Notes under the pieces: generated by a model
What the model was told of the DNA's origin: nothing
Seen by the model: only the letters and a program-made list of their open reading frames with translations
The model's database searches: none
Position numbers and translations under genes: made by a program
Source: Octopus vulgaris
Lineage: Eukaryota
Assembly (NCBI GenBank): GCA_951406725.2
Contig: OX597836.1
Span: forward strand, 39,246,001-39,310,000
Length of the DNA stretch: 64,000 nucleotides
Direction: 5' to 3'
Part shown: positions 29,256-43,571 of the stretch, in pieces
Layout of the letters: each line of letters opens with the position of its first letter
Numbering within the stretch: the stretch's first letter is position 1

Positions 29256-29749
29256 TATCTACAATTCATCTCCCTTCCTCTCTATCTTCTCACCTCTTCC
29301 TTATTTCCACCAACAAAACAGCGACTAACTTCTAGATCTTAAATTCAACATCTTCACTTAGCGTTATTATTCATCTCGACTTAACATTTCTCTATGGAAA
29401 ACACGTTCAAACGCCTACGCGAGGTGAGCTCCCTGTTCTTTAACTTAAAACCATCTGCTTGTCCACAATTTATACACCAATTTATTCTCTTATTTGTTCC
29501 CTCTTATCTTTGAAGAGCTGCAAGAAAATATTTATAATGCGGTAAGGTATCACCTGCCTTATAAATAGTGTGTATGAGTGTATGCGTATGTGTGTGTGTG
29601 TGTGACTTTACCTATCTCTCTAAGTTTGTCTTTCTCCTCACATATCTATCTCCAGATGTATCAACGGATCTGTTTATGTGATTAATGTATCTGGGCATCT
29701 GTTAGTCTTTCTACTTATTCTTCTATCTATTAAGTTATCCTCCTCACTG

Positions 29750-29805
<56 letters not shown>

Positions 29806-29817
29806 CCTAGCTATCTG

Positions 29818-29893
<76 letters not shown>

Positions 29894-30005
29894 CCTAGCT
29901 ATCTGTCTATAATTCTATTTACCTATCTAGCTAGTCATCTATCAATTTCTCTTTCTACCCCTTTCTCTTTCTCTCTCTCTCTCTCTCTCTCACTCCCTCT
30001 TTATT

Positions 30006-30065
<60 letters not shown>

Positions 30066-30123
30066 TGTTTGTCTAGCAGTTTATTAAGCTAGCTAGCAAG
30101 TCAACTAACAATTTCTCTCTCAT

Positions 30124-30210
<87 letters not shown>

Positions 30211-30257
30211 GTTTGTCTAGCAGTTTATTAAGCTAGCTAGCAAGTCAACTAACAATT

Positions 30258-30292
<35 letters not shown>

Positions 30293-30482
30293 ATCTATCT
30301 GTCCATCTATCTATCTAGCTAGCTATCTGTCTTATTCCCTTCTCTCTTCTCCCCACAAAACATTTATATTTTTTTAAATCTTACATGACATAAATTCTAC
30401 AACTAATGCGATTGTTGGATTAGAATTTGTATTTCATGGAGAGTAATTTATCTCACACACGCACCTTCGCTCTTTTCCTCCG

Positions 30483-30556
<74 letters not shown>

Positions 30557-30811
30557 CGTATATATATGTGTGTGTATTTATATGTATTTCTTCACTCTCT
30601 CGTTCCATCTCATTTGTTCTCTCCCCCTCTCTCTTCCTCTCTCTCTCTCTCTCTCTCTCTTGTACTTTATGTACAAGAGAGAGAGGGGAATGATTTCCCA
30701 GTAAGGAGCAGGGGAACCAATCAACTTTTACCATTTAATAATAATAATAATCTTACATGCAGACACATCACTGTCACTGGAAATATCTCGGTGTTTAATG
30801 TGCAGGTATAG

Positions 30812-31547
30812 TTGCGGTGGCGGTGGCGGTGGTGGTGGCGGTGGTGGTGGCGGTGGCGGCAGCGGCGGCGATGACAACGGTGATGGTGGTGGTGGTGATG
30901 GTATGGTGATATGGTGGTGGTGGTGGTGGTGATGGTGATGGTGGTGGTGGTGATGGTGGTGGTGGTGGTGGTGGTGGTGGTGGTGGTGGTGGTGGTGGTG
31001 GTGGCGGTGGTGGTGGTGGTGGTGGTGGTGGTGGTGGTGGTATGGTGGTGATGGTGGTGGTAGTGATGGTTGCGGCGATGGTGATGGTGGTGGTGGTGGT
31101 AGTGATGGTTGCGGCGATGGTGATGGTGGTGGTGGTGGTAGTGATGGTTGCGGCGATGGTGATGGTGGTGGTGGTGGTGGTGGTGGTGGTGGTGGTGATG
31201 GTATGGTGGTGGTGGTGGTGGTGATGGTGGTGGTATGGTGGTGATGGTGATGGTTGCGGCGATGGTGGTGGTGGTGGTAGTGGTGGCGGTGGTGGTGGTG
31301 GCTGGATGTTTTGTGGTGATGGTGGTGGAAGTTGTGAGTGGATTTGGTAGACAGAAACTGAAAGGGTCCGTCGCGCGCGCGCGCGTGTGTGTGTGTCTGT
31401 GTGCGTGTGTGTGTGTGTGTGCGTGTGTGGTACTCGTGGTGTTGCTGACGGTGGTGCTGGTGGGGAGGGTAAAGGTAGTTGTTCTTTGGTGTAGCGGTGA
31501 TAGTAGAGTAGTGTTTGTGACAGTGATGGTAGTGGTGATAGTAGTAT

Positions 31548-31611
<64 letters not shown>

Positions 31612-31661
31612 TGTAGTAGTAGTAGTTGTAGTAGTAGTTGTAGTAGTATATTACTACCACG

Positions 31662-31697
<36 letters not shown>

Positions 31698-31860
31698 ATA
31701 TAGTGGTGGTGGTAATGGCGGTAGTGGAGGTGTTGGTTTGATGCAGCGATGGTAGTGGTGATAGTAGTATTGGTGGTAGTGGTAGTAGTGGTGATATAGT
31801 GGTGGCGGCGGAGGCGTGTTAGTGTGGAGGTAACGTGGTAGTATAGTCACTATGCAGTAG
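30812..31860. repeat. (GGT)n/(GAT)n/(GTA)n compound microsatellite with internal ~39-bp repeats and a small SINE A fragment near 31330-31370
   Basis: Direct reading; source of spurious poly-H/P/V ORFs. Confidence 0.92.
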
Positions 31861-31944
31861 TGTGCTTATGGAAGAGGTTGCGTGGTTTAGTGTGTTGTAG
31901 CGGTGCGATAAAGGAGTGGTGCGTTGTGGCAGCGGTGTAGTATA

Positions 31945-32278
31945 TCTTTCATCTTTCACTTGTTTTAGTTATTAGACTGCGGTCATGCTGGGGCACCGCC
32001 TTGAAGAATTTATAATCCAATGAATCGACCACAGAACTTTTTTTTAAGACTGGTACTTATTCTATCGATTACTTATGCCGAACCGCTACAGTACGAGAAC
32101 GTAAACACACAAACACAGACACACACGGACTTCTTTCAGAGTCTGTCTACCAAATCCACTACAAAGCTTTGGTCAGCCCAAGGCAATAGAAAGCACTTTC
32201 CCAGGTGCCACGCAGTGGGGCTGAACCCGGAACCATATGGTTGGGAAACAAGCTTCTTACCACACACTGCCATGCCTT
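31945..32278 (-). mobile_element. SINE type A-related, diverged and internally deleted
   Basis: GACTGCGGTCATGCTGGGGCACC tail and GGTGCCACGCAGTGGG..GAACCCGGAACC head on minus strand. Confidence 0.75.
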
Positions 32279-32329
32279 TATATATATATATATATATATA
32301 TATGTATGAATGTTATGTATGTATGTATG

Positions 32330-32360
<31 letters not shown>

Positions 32361-32361
32361 G

Positions 32362-32430
<69 letters not shown>

Positions 32431-32473
32431 ATATATATAAATATATATACATATACATATATATATATATATA

Positions 32474-32507
<34 letters not shown>

Positions 32508-32547
32508 TGTATATGTATATATATATGCATATATATATATGTATATA

Positions 32548-32592
<45 letters not shown>

Positions 32593-32836
32593 CAATGTAC
32601 GTATTTATACACAAAAATGGTGACTTTTTACAGGACACCTTACATGCTGGAAAGGGCAGTTAAAGCCCAAACAACGAATAAGAGTAATTTCAAAGGAAAT
32701 GAAAAATAAAATATTTGTATAGTTTCCCCTAGACACGAGTTTCTGCATTAATGTGCAAATAAATTAATTTGCCGTCCGCGCTTCTTCAGTAAGGGCGCTA
32801 AGATTCATGCAAATTTATGCAGAACGGAGATATCGC

Positions 32837-32850
32837 TTATATAAAATCCG

Positions 32851-32899
<49 letters not shown>

Positions 32900-33050
32900 T
32901 TCTCGGATCTCGGGCATCCTCCATCCGATTGCGCTCAATTTTGATATGTAGATACCGACGGTATCAGGGCATGTATAAGTCTTGAAAAACTTACAAAATT
33001 CGATTCCAGGTGAGAATGCGATCGATAAATCTGTGGGAAATCCTTTTTTC
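32837..33050 (+). mobile_element. 5' part of a probable non-autonomous Helitron-like element (copy 1)
   Basis: TTATATAAAATC start followed by (TG)n; closely similar copy at 33747-33935; no 3' CTAG end seen. Confidence 0.5.
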
Positions 33051-33427
33051 TTTGGTTGCACAATCGACTATATGGTGCTGATAGGAGTTGCCTCCCTTAA
33101 CACCAAGCATGCATATTTCATACACAGTCGATCATCTTCCTTTCTTTTTCTTTTTCAACTACTGTTGAGTGCCAAACAAATTTCCCAAACACAATTTAGT
33201 TACCCCCCTTTACAGTCTGAGGCGACGCATCCTGCGTGGATGTACTCCGGTGTCCCTGCATGGATATACTCCTTGAAGAAGTTACTCTACAGTCAAACTT
33301 ATTGTTTTCATTTATTATGAATGGACGAACATTATCACTCAGACATCCACCTCTTCTTTCTTTCTCATCTTTCATTCTTCCTTCCTTATCTTCTTTCTTT
33401 TTTCCTTCTTTCTTCATTCTTTCTATT

Positions 33428-33513
<86 letters not shown>

Positions 33514-33746
33514 GAAAAATACAAACTGGGACAAGAACGTAAAACATTTAGAAGACGATACAAAAAACACGGACGGGTCATTCAAAGCCTTCAATCTTCA
33601 GTCAAGAACCGGATCATCCTAGCAATTTCGGTTGATTCATCTTGAGATCGCTCCGATCTGGCCAGCCCCAAGGAAAAACTAAGCTACGAGCATTAGATTT
33701 CTTGGAAAAAGGATCGAATGTATATATATATGTATATATATATATT

Positions 33747-33935
33747 CTCTTATATAAAATCTCTTCTGCCTGTGTGTGTGCGTGTGGCTTCTAGGATCTC
33801 GGAAACCCTCCATCCAACTGCGCTCAAATTTGATATGTAGATACCGACGGTATCAGGGCGTGCATAAGTCTTGAAAAAGTTACAAAAATCGATTCCAGGT
33901 GAGAATGTGATCGATAAAGCCGTGGGAAATCGTTT
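33747..33935 (+). mobile_element. 5' part of the same Helitron-like element (copy 2)
   Basis: TCTTATATAAAATC start; shares GATATGTAGATACCGACGGTATCAGGGC with copy 1. Confidence 0.5.
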
Positions 33936-34243
33936 TTTTTTTTTTGGTGGGGGGAATAGAAAAAAGTCTATCTTTATATCTTCTTTTGCTGGTGTCACAA
34001 ATTTAGGTTAAATCAGTGTTTCTCAAAGGGGAGGACTATGGGACGGTCGGACAAGTTGTTTTGAGAAAATTTGGTTTAAATGTTTGACAACTCAGCACCG
34101 TCCATTGGACGTGTATATATATATATATGCTTCATCGGATGAAGAAGGGAAGCAAGCCCCTTGGCCATTCGTCAAGTCTTCAGAGTGAGAGAAAAGGGTG
34201 AACAGAGCCTGAATGTTTACAATAGAATGTGGTAATATAGATC

Positions 34244-34294
<51 letters not shown>

Positions 34295-34379
34295 TAGTAT
34301 AGGCATGTGTGTGATTCCGTGTGTACCACCACCACCACCACCACCACCATCGCCGCAACCATCACCACCACCTACACCA

Positions 34380-34588
34380 CCATAGACAGTATTTTACGTA
34401 AGGTATGGGCAATTCCCATGAGCACTATCTTTTGAATTTCTGCTATTTTGGTGTTTCCTGGTATCTGAGCTAGGTAGCAATCAGCCCCTTTTGCTATCAT
34501 TCCTAGGGCACCTATGACAACAGATATTGTTTTAGTCTTCAGGTTCCACATTTTGCTAATTTCTACTTCAAGATCTTTATACTTGCTC
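34380..34588 (-). mobile_element. R4/Dong-like RLE C-terminal fragment
   Basis: Minus strand reads SKYKDLEVEISKMWNLKTKTISVVIGALGMIAKG..IQKIVLMGIAHTLRKILSM, paralogous to 4110-4322. Confidence 0.82.
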
Positions 34589-34631
34589 GTTATATTATCA
34601 TCATCATTATTACTATTCTTATCATTATTAC

Positions 34632-34665
<34 letters not shown>

Positions 34666-34959
34666 GTTGTTGTTGTTATTATTATTATTTTTATTATTAT
34701 CTTAGATATTTGTATCTTGGTGACTTCCTAACATAGAAAGGATAAAAACTCAGACAGACAGAGGCGTGACATCGACAATGATTTGATTGAAGTGTGTAAT
34801 TTTGAAACAATAGCTATGAAACAAAAGGTATTGAAATAATGGTTTGGTAATCAAAGTTCTGCAATCGTAATCTTTCTTGGCCAATACACGATGCTCAACG
34901 TTTAAACTGAAAAAGAAGAAAAAATTATAACCGGTCTGAATAGAGCAACAGAAATATCG

Positions 34960-35720
34960 AAGTATGTGCTGTATTGTGTGGAATTTGTGTGTTGTATGAA
35001 GCGAAACATGTGTTGTGTGGAATGAATTATGTACTGTATGGAGTGAAATATGTGTTGTATGAAATGAAATATGTGTTGTTTGAAGTGAAATGTGAGAGGT
35101 ATGGAGTGAAATGTATGTGTCATATAGAGTGATTGTTTGATGTGAAATATGTATTGTTTAGCGTAAAATGTACCTTGTATGGAGTGAAATATATGCGTTG
35201 TGTGGAGTGAAATATATGTGGTATAGAATGAAATATGTGTTGTTTGAAGTGAATTGTGTGATATGGAGTGAAATATGTGTTGCATGGAGTGAAATATGTG
35301 TTGTTTGAAGTGTAATGTGCGTGGTATAGAGTGAAACATGTATTGTATAGAATGAAATATGTATTGCATGGAGTGAATTATGTGTTGTTCGAAGTGAAAT
35401 GTGAGAGGTATGGAGTGAAATGTATGTGTCATATAGAGTGATTGTTTGATGTGAAATATGTATTGTTTAGCGTAAAATGTGCCTTGCATGGAGTGAAATA
35501 TATGCGTTGTGTGGAGTGAAATATATGTGGTATAGAATGAAATATGTGTTGTTTGAAGTGAACTGTGTGATATGGAGTGAAATATGTGTTGCATGGAGTG
35601 AAATATGTGTTGTGTAGAATGAAATATTGTTTAGAGTAAAACGTGTGTTGCGGGGAGTGAAATGTATGTATTGTACGGAATGGACAGTGTATTGTATAGA
35701 GTGAAACAGAGACTGTACGG
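34960..35720. repeat. Degenerate ~21-bp minisatellite (GGAGTGAAATATGTGTTGTAT-like) with a higher-order duplication
   Basis: Block at 35082 recurs at 35391 (offset ~309 bp). Confidence 0.85.
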
Positions 35721-36227
35721 ATTTGTTTTGCATGGAGTCTAAAACAGTTTAGCGGATTGTACAACACCGTGGTTCCTTCCTACAACAGTTGTGAGGTACG
35801 GTGTGGTATCCATGCATGGTGTCTTTAGTAACACACTGTGGTATAATCAATTACTATAATTAAATATCCTGCAATTATTAAATAGTAACATTTGCGCTAC
35901 ACGAAGAAGCCATTGCCACTATAAACAGCGACATACCTCGACTTACGTCGTCTCAAGCAACGTCATTTTTTTGTATACATCGCTTTTTTTCTTAATTTTC
36001 TTAATTTTCTTTCCTTTTTTTAAGCATAAAAAGCACCTAAAACCCAATACTGAAATGAAAAATCAACAAAAATGTATGTGAAAATATGCATAAACCATTT
36101 ATTAAAACAGATATAAGCTAATAAAATTCATTAAATGTTTCTTTCGTGTTACGTCATTTTTCGAGTTTAAATTGCATATCGTGGGAGCCATTACCACGAC
36201 GTAAGTTGATGTCTGCCTGTATATTGC

Positions 36228-37598
36228 TTTCAAATTTTGGCACAAGGCCTGCAATTTTGGGTGAAGGGTATAAGTCGATTACATCAACCCCAGTATTCAA
36301 CTGGTACTTATTTTATCGACCCCGAGCATATGAAAGGCAAAGTAAATGTCGGCCGGATTTGAATTCAGAACGCTACGACGGATGAAATACCGCTAAGCAT
36401 TTTGTCCGGCCTGCCACCTATTCTGTCAAGCTCGCCGCCTTATTTTGCTTGTATATTCTTTTTTACTCAAGGCACAGTGCCCGAAAATTTGGGGAAGGGG
36501 GCCCAGTCAATTAGATCGACCTCAGTACGCAACTGGTTCTTAATTTATCGATCCTGAAAGGATGTAAGGCATGGTCGACCTCGGCAGAATTTGAACTCAG
36601 AACGTAACGGCAGACGAAATACGGCTACGCATTTCGCCCGGCGTGCTAATGATTCTGCCAGCTCACCGCCTTCCAACATTTTAATATATATTTCTTTACT
36701 ACCCACAAGGAGCTAAACACAGAGAGGACAAACAAGGATAGACAAACGGATTAAGTCGATTATATCGACCCCAGTGCGTAACTGGTACTTAATTTATCGA
36801 TCCCGAAAGGATGAAAGGCAAAGTCGACCTCGGTGGAACTTTAACTCAGAACACTAAGACGGATTAAATACCTTTAAGTATTTTCTCCGGCCTGCTTGCT
36901 GCTATTCTACTAGCTCACCGCCTTAATCTGTCTGTATATTGAAATTAATATCCAATGCTTCAGCAGATAATGATTGCAAATATCACCCACTGAGGTGTGT
37001 TTTTCTGAAACTATACACCAAACTGGACCTATTTCTTTACTACCCTCATGGGGCTAAACACAGAGAGGACAAACAAGGACAGACAAACAGATTAAATCGA
37101 TTATATCGACCCCAGTTTGTAACTGGTGCTTAATTTATCGACCCCGAAAGGATGAAAGACGGAATTTGAACTCAGAACGTAACGGCAGACGAAATACTTC
37201 TTTCTTTACTACCCACAGCGGACTAAACACAGAGAGGACAAACAAGGACAGATAAACGGATTAAGTCGATTATATCGACCCCAGTGCGTAACTGGTACTT
37301 ATTTAATCGACGCCGAAAGGATGAAAGGCAAAGTCGACCTCGGCGGAATTTGAACTCAGAACGTAGCGGCAGACGAAAAACCTATTTCTTTACTACACAC
37401 AGGGGACTAAACACAGAGAGGACAAACAAGGACAGATAAACGGATTAAGTCGACTATATCGACCCCAGTGCGTAACTGGTACTTATTTAATCGACGCCGA
37501 AAGGATGAAAGGCAAAGTCGACCTCGGCGGAATTTGAACTCAGAACGTAGCGGCAGACGAAATACCTATTTCTTTACTACCGACAAGGGGCTAAACAC
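36228..37598 (-). mobile_element. Cluster of SINE type B copies (three monomers plus one multimer), all on minus strand
   Basis: Units at ~36228-36442, 36465-36672, 36690-36925 and 37030-37598. Confidence 0.88.
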
Positions 37599-37599
37599 C

Positions 37600-38630
37600 G
37601 GTGGTGGTGGCGGTGGTGGTGGTGGTGGTGGTGGTGGTGGTGGCAGAGTTGTCCGTAGTAGTGGTTGACTGTGAAGCTGTCGTCTGGTTCTTCCAATTTT
37701 TTCGTGTGTCGGTGGCGGCGGTGGAGTTGGCGTTCATGCTCACACCTGCACCTGCGTTGCTCCTCCCCTTCTTCCCCTCCCTCGTGAAGCTGTGGTGAAG
37801 GCAGCGTAAGGAAATCAACGTCGTAAGCGTTGCCAAGGAGACCAGCGTTCTTTTCGACAACGACTTCATGGCTTGAAGTCGCCATCGTCAAAATAAAAAA
37901 TGGCTAAAAAAGCCGAAAACAGGTATACAAGAAACGGGAAAACCGCCACACAGGGCAGGTTTCCCGTGAAAACAATTTGTACAACCGAATGAATTAGTTG
38001 TTGCACAACTTTTACATACGAAATATTTTTCAATAATAACTTTTAACGCCCCAAAAAACGGCCAACTTACACGGAGTCGATGCGATTAAAATAACACAAA
38101 TATTTTACGAAAAATTCACCATGCGCGCGCGCGCATTTTCAAAGCTTTTATTGTGATGAATACAGAAATATTTCTGGATGGTAGAGCTAAACAGTGATGA
38201 GCATAAAAACATGGTTATTACCAGTTCAAATTTGGGATCTTTTCGGTTTGAACGGCAGTTTTTTAAAATAATTTCCACGTAGCTAAATACTTTCAAACTT
38301 CGTATACTCGTAGAATGTGTTTATAAAACATCTTTTTCTCTTGGCTTTATTGAGAAAGTTCTATAGTTTGTAAGATATCTGTTGTTTTTTTTCTTCAATT
38401 TCTGCAATTTCAACCAATCAATAACGTCTATTGGGGTGTTCAAGAAACAGATTGGGTTTATTTACATTTGAGAAGAAAAAAGATACCCTTCCCCCCACCA
38501 CTAACCCTAACCCTAAAACAGATTGAAATGCAATAGATCGATATTAGGGTCATTATTATGGGTGACAATTTCATATGACCCCGCTAGAAAAACTGCCGGT
38601 CAAACCGAAAAGATCCTGATGTTGTTGTTG

Positions 38631-38662
<32 letters not shown>

Positions 38663-39358
38663 GGTGGTGGTGGCGGCGGTGGCGGTAGTGGCGGTGGCGG
38701 GTGGCGGTGGCGGTGGTGGTGGTGGTGGTGGTGGTGGTGGTGATGTTTGTGGCAGAGTTGTCCGTAGTAGTAGTATTTGACTGTGAAGTCGTCGTCTGGG
38801 TTCTTCCAATCTTTTCGTGTGTCGGCGGCGGCGGCGTTGGCGTTCAATGCACCTGTGTTGCTTCTCCCCTTCCCCCACCTCGTGAACCTGTGGTGAAGGC
38901 AGTGTAAGGAAATCAAACGTCGTAAGCGTTGTCAAGGAGACCGGCGTTCTTTTCGACAACGACTTCGTGTCTTGAAGTCGCCATCGTCAAAATAAAAAAT
39001 GGCTAAAAAAGCCGAAAACAGGTACACAAGAAACGGGAAAACCGCCACACAGGGCAGGTTTCCCGTGCAAACAATTTGTACAACCGAATGAATTAGTTGT
39101 TGCACAACTTTTACATACGAAATATTTTTCAATAATAACTTTTAAACGCCCAAAAAAACGGCCAACTTACACGGAGTCGATGTGACTAATATAACACAAA
39201 TATTCTGTGAGAAACGACCATGCGCGCGCGAGCGCATTTTCAAAATTTTTATTGTGATGAATACAGAAATATTTCTGTATGGTAGAGCTAAGCAGTGATG
39301 AGCATAAAAACATGGTTATTACCAGTTCAAATTTGGGATCTTTTCGGTTTGAACGGCA
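37600..39358. repeat. Direct duplication of a ~650-bp segment (37600-38257 and ~38690-39358)
   Basis: Long near-identical tracts such as GAAGTCGCCATCGTCAAAATAAAAAATGGCTAAAAAAGCCGAAAACAGG in both copies. Confidence 0.9.
38235..38616. mobile_element. MITE with ~28-bp TIRs and internal CCCTAA motifs
   Basis: GGATCTTTTCGGTTTGAACGGCAGTTTT ... AAAACTGCCGGTCAAACCGAAAAGATCC. Confidence 0.8.
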
Positions 39359-39359
39359 T

Positions 39360-39680
39360 TTATTTAATTTATCGACCCCGGAAGGATGAAAGGCAAAGTC
39401 GACCTCGGCGGAATTTGAACTCAGAACGTAACGGCAGACGAAATACCTCTTTCTTTACTACCCACAAGGGGCTAAACACAGAAGGGACAAACAAGGACAG
39501 ACAAACGGATTAAGTCGATTATATTGACCCTAGTGCGTAACTGGTACTTATTTAATCGACCCCGAAAGGATGAAAGGCAAAGTCGAACTCGGCGGAATTT
39601 GAACTCAGAACGTAGCGGCAGACGAAATACTGCTAAGCATTTCGCCCGGCGTGCTAACGTTTCTGCCAGCTCGCCGCCTT
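39360..39680 (-). mobile_element. SINE type B dimer, second unit truncated
   Basis: Head at ~39680; multimer junction near 39440-39455. Confidence 0.85.
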
Positions 39681-39979
39681 CTCTAGTTACCGACAGATGC
39701 TTGTAGGTATGCTTGTATACGATACACCCGCACGCGGGCGCACAGACACACACACTCACACACACACACATATACACAAATGCAAGGGGTGTAATACATG
39801 GCGCTAGCTTTGAGAGAGTTACTTCCCTTGTAAGCTACGACGCTTTGCTGAGTCATGCTGAACACTTCCATTGACACAGAACAGCGCGTCACATTCGAGA
39901 AACATGAAAGTTAAACTCACTCAATTTTTAAGGATAGTATGTGTACGTACACACACAGACACACACACACACACACACG

Positions 39980-40039
<60 letters not shown>

Positions 40040-40041
40040 TA

Positions 40042-40292
40042 CGGAGGCGCGTGGCTTAGTGGTTAGGGTGTCAGCATCATGATCGTAAGATTGTGGTTTC
40101 GATTCCTGGACCGCGTGACGCGTTGTGTTCTTGAGCAAAACACTTCATTTCACGTTGCTCCAGTCTACTCAGCTGGCAAAAATGAGTAACGCTGCGATAG
40201 ACTGGCGTCCCGTCCAGCTGGGGAACATATATGCCATTGAAACCGGGAAACCGGGCCCATGAACCAGGCTAGGCTTTAAAAGGGCGCATTTA
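40042..40292 (+). mobile_element. SINE type D with GACTGGCGTCCCGTCCAG tail
   Basis: GGAGGCGCGTGGCTTAGTGGTTAG head, CTTGAGCAAAACACTT CORE-like block. Confidence 0.8.
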
Positions 40293-40314
40293 TTTTTCAT
40301 ACATACATACATAC

Positions 40315-40860
40315 ATGATGGCTGTCCCCTCGTTATCGAGTATGGCCATTGCACGAAGCTTAACTGTTACTGGTGCTGTGATCGAATGTGACTTTTTAGC
40401 CCAGCTAAAGATCTACAATGTCTTGTACAAAATTAGCAGCTAAAACCTTTACCGGTAATAGCCGGCTGTAGTTGTGACTGGGCTTCATGTACCTTTGCAT
40501 GTCGTTTAAGTCCTCCGGCCGAATTACACTCTCTTCCACATGCCAGAAAGATATGATTAGTATGGTGTGTAATACCACCACCAATGGCCAGGTTGTCACT
40601 CATCTGTCTCGCTTTATGACTACGAAGATGGCTCTTGAGTCCAGCTTTACTGAGGCAGGGTCTTGCACAGACACTGCATGTCAGCATCATAGGAAGACCC
40701 TTCCCATCTGGAAGTGTAACAGCGATGCCCTTCCTGACATCCCTCCTTACTTTCTCATGCGCAACTCGATATTTCTCAAACGTAGCTGTACCCTCGTGCA
40801 TAATCCTTCTCCACCTGCTACGATCAATAGCCATGCCCTCTCATGTCTCTTAGGGAAGCC
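40315..40860 (-). mobile_element. RTE/BovB-like LINE 3' end with C-terminal C2H2 zinc fingers
   Basis: AIDRSRWRR, CSVCARPCLSKAGLKSHLRSH, CGREC..GLKRHAKVH, C*FCTRHCRSLAGLKSHIRSQH; short 3' tail; flanked by (TACA)n. Confidence 0.8.
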
Positions 40861-41471
40861 TTAATACATACATACATACATACATACATACATACATACA
40901 TACATACATACATACATACATACATACATACATACATACATACATACATACGTACGTACATACGTACGTACATACGTACATGCATGCTATGTTTCTCTTT
41001 TTAATTTACAATAAAGTTTGACCGGCCACCTACTTATTTGTGGGTTTGTAAAGGAAAGCATCATGTTTTATTCATCAACTTTTAAATCTTAATAAGGTTT
41101 CATGCACTCAGATATAGTAATAATTTTATTACTATAAGAATTAAAGATTTGCGTTCTCTCCCCAAGTACCCAACTCCAGGCATATCTTGCTCCAAATGGT
41201 ATGGTACGTATCCTGTTGCTCCAAGTATGAAGCTAAAAGTGTATCTTTAGTACTGAATGATCGCTAATGAACATGAGGAGAGATATGAAATAACAACTGA
41301 CACAGATCCCAGTACTTTATTACTACTTAATTTATCGACCCCGAAATGAAGAAAGCAAAGTCGACCTCACCGCCATTTGAACTCAGAAAAGCAAAGTCGA
41401 TCTCGCCCGGTGTACTAAAGATTCTGAAAGCTTGCTGCCATGAAAGCCAACGTAGTATGGAAGCAACATAA

Positions 41472-41655
41472 AGGGCGTGAGTTGGCAGATTCGTTAGCAT
41501 TCCGAGCAAAATGCTTAATGCCATTTCGTCCGTCTATACGTTCTGAGTTCAATTTTTGCCGAGGTCGGCATTATCTTTTATCCTTTCGGGGTCGATGAAT
41601 TAAGTACCAGTTAAGCACTGGGGTCGAGATAATCGATTTGTCCCCTCCGCCGAAG
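41472..41655 (+). mobile_element. SINE type B, diverged
   Basis: GTGAGTTGGCAGA..GAGTTCAAT..GGGGTCGATGAATTAAGTACCAG. Confidence 0.75.
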
Positions 41656-41771
41656 TTGCGAATAATAATACTTTGATGTATTTTTTATTTTATTGTTTTC
41701 AAGAAAAAAATGTTTTCGATTCATACAAAATGTACAAAATTTATGGCAATATTATAGTTCGAGTACAAAAA

Positions 41772-42285
<514 letters not shown>

Positions 42286-42897
42286 AAGAGCGGGATAGTG
42301 ATTAATTTTCAAGTGTCAACCAAACCACACATGACTAATTCATGGAAGCTAAAAAATGATTTCACAAAAGAAATACTTTTCTCTCTAAATATACTTCTTT
42401 CTATACACATTCTCCTAATTTAGACGCTCTAGTTGTAGTTTAATCGTTTCTACAAGGTTTTTATATATATATCTTTATATATATATCTTTTTTTATTTCA
42501 TCGTGGCTTACGAGCTTAAGACAGACGGTTAAATCTATCAAAGAAATATTAAATACAAGGGAGATAAGAACGAAACTTCTTTTAAGGATTATTTCCCTTG
42601 GACTAGAAAATATAATTTTCCTTAGATTTTTCAGATTATGTATTATTGTTTCTTTTACTTCCTAGTAAGAGCACCACCTTGAAAAATTTTAGCCAAATTA
42701 ACCGACCCCTGTACTTTTTTTTGGCATAACGACAGATGTGTACCCCTCCCCTGATTTTGTTGGCTCATAACTTCCAGAAACGTGGATACTTTTTAACGAA
42801 ATTTTCAACAAATACATCTTAGATCCTGTAGATTGAGTGCATGTAGAGATTTGTTGCAATAATTCCTTGTAAATTCTCCTTATATATATATTTATGT

Positions 42898-43420
<523 letters not shown>

Positions 43421-43475
43421 AGAGAAAAAAGAAATATATGTATAAATATATATTGTGTATATATATATATGTATA

Positions 43476-43562
<87 letters not shown>

Positions 43563-43571
43563 AAATATATA

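Noticed and set aside
30062-30264. ~58-bp local direct repeat between TCTA/TC runs
   Set aside because: Simply explained by microsatellite-mediated slippage duplication.
33575-33655. Hammerhead-like fragments (CTCAAGA..GAAATT and CTGAAGA) on minus strand
   Set aside because: Core and stems could not be assembled into a valid fold.
37577-37891. 104-aa ORF in the duplicated block
   Set aside because: The frame is not conserved in the second copy and it runs into a (CAC)n microsatellite.
40433-40834. Host C2H2 zinc-finger gene exon
   Set aside because: No TGEKP linkers, preceded by the RTE DRxxWR motif, stop in the third finger, and a retroposon-like tail.
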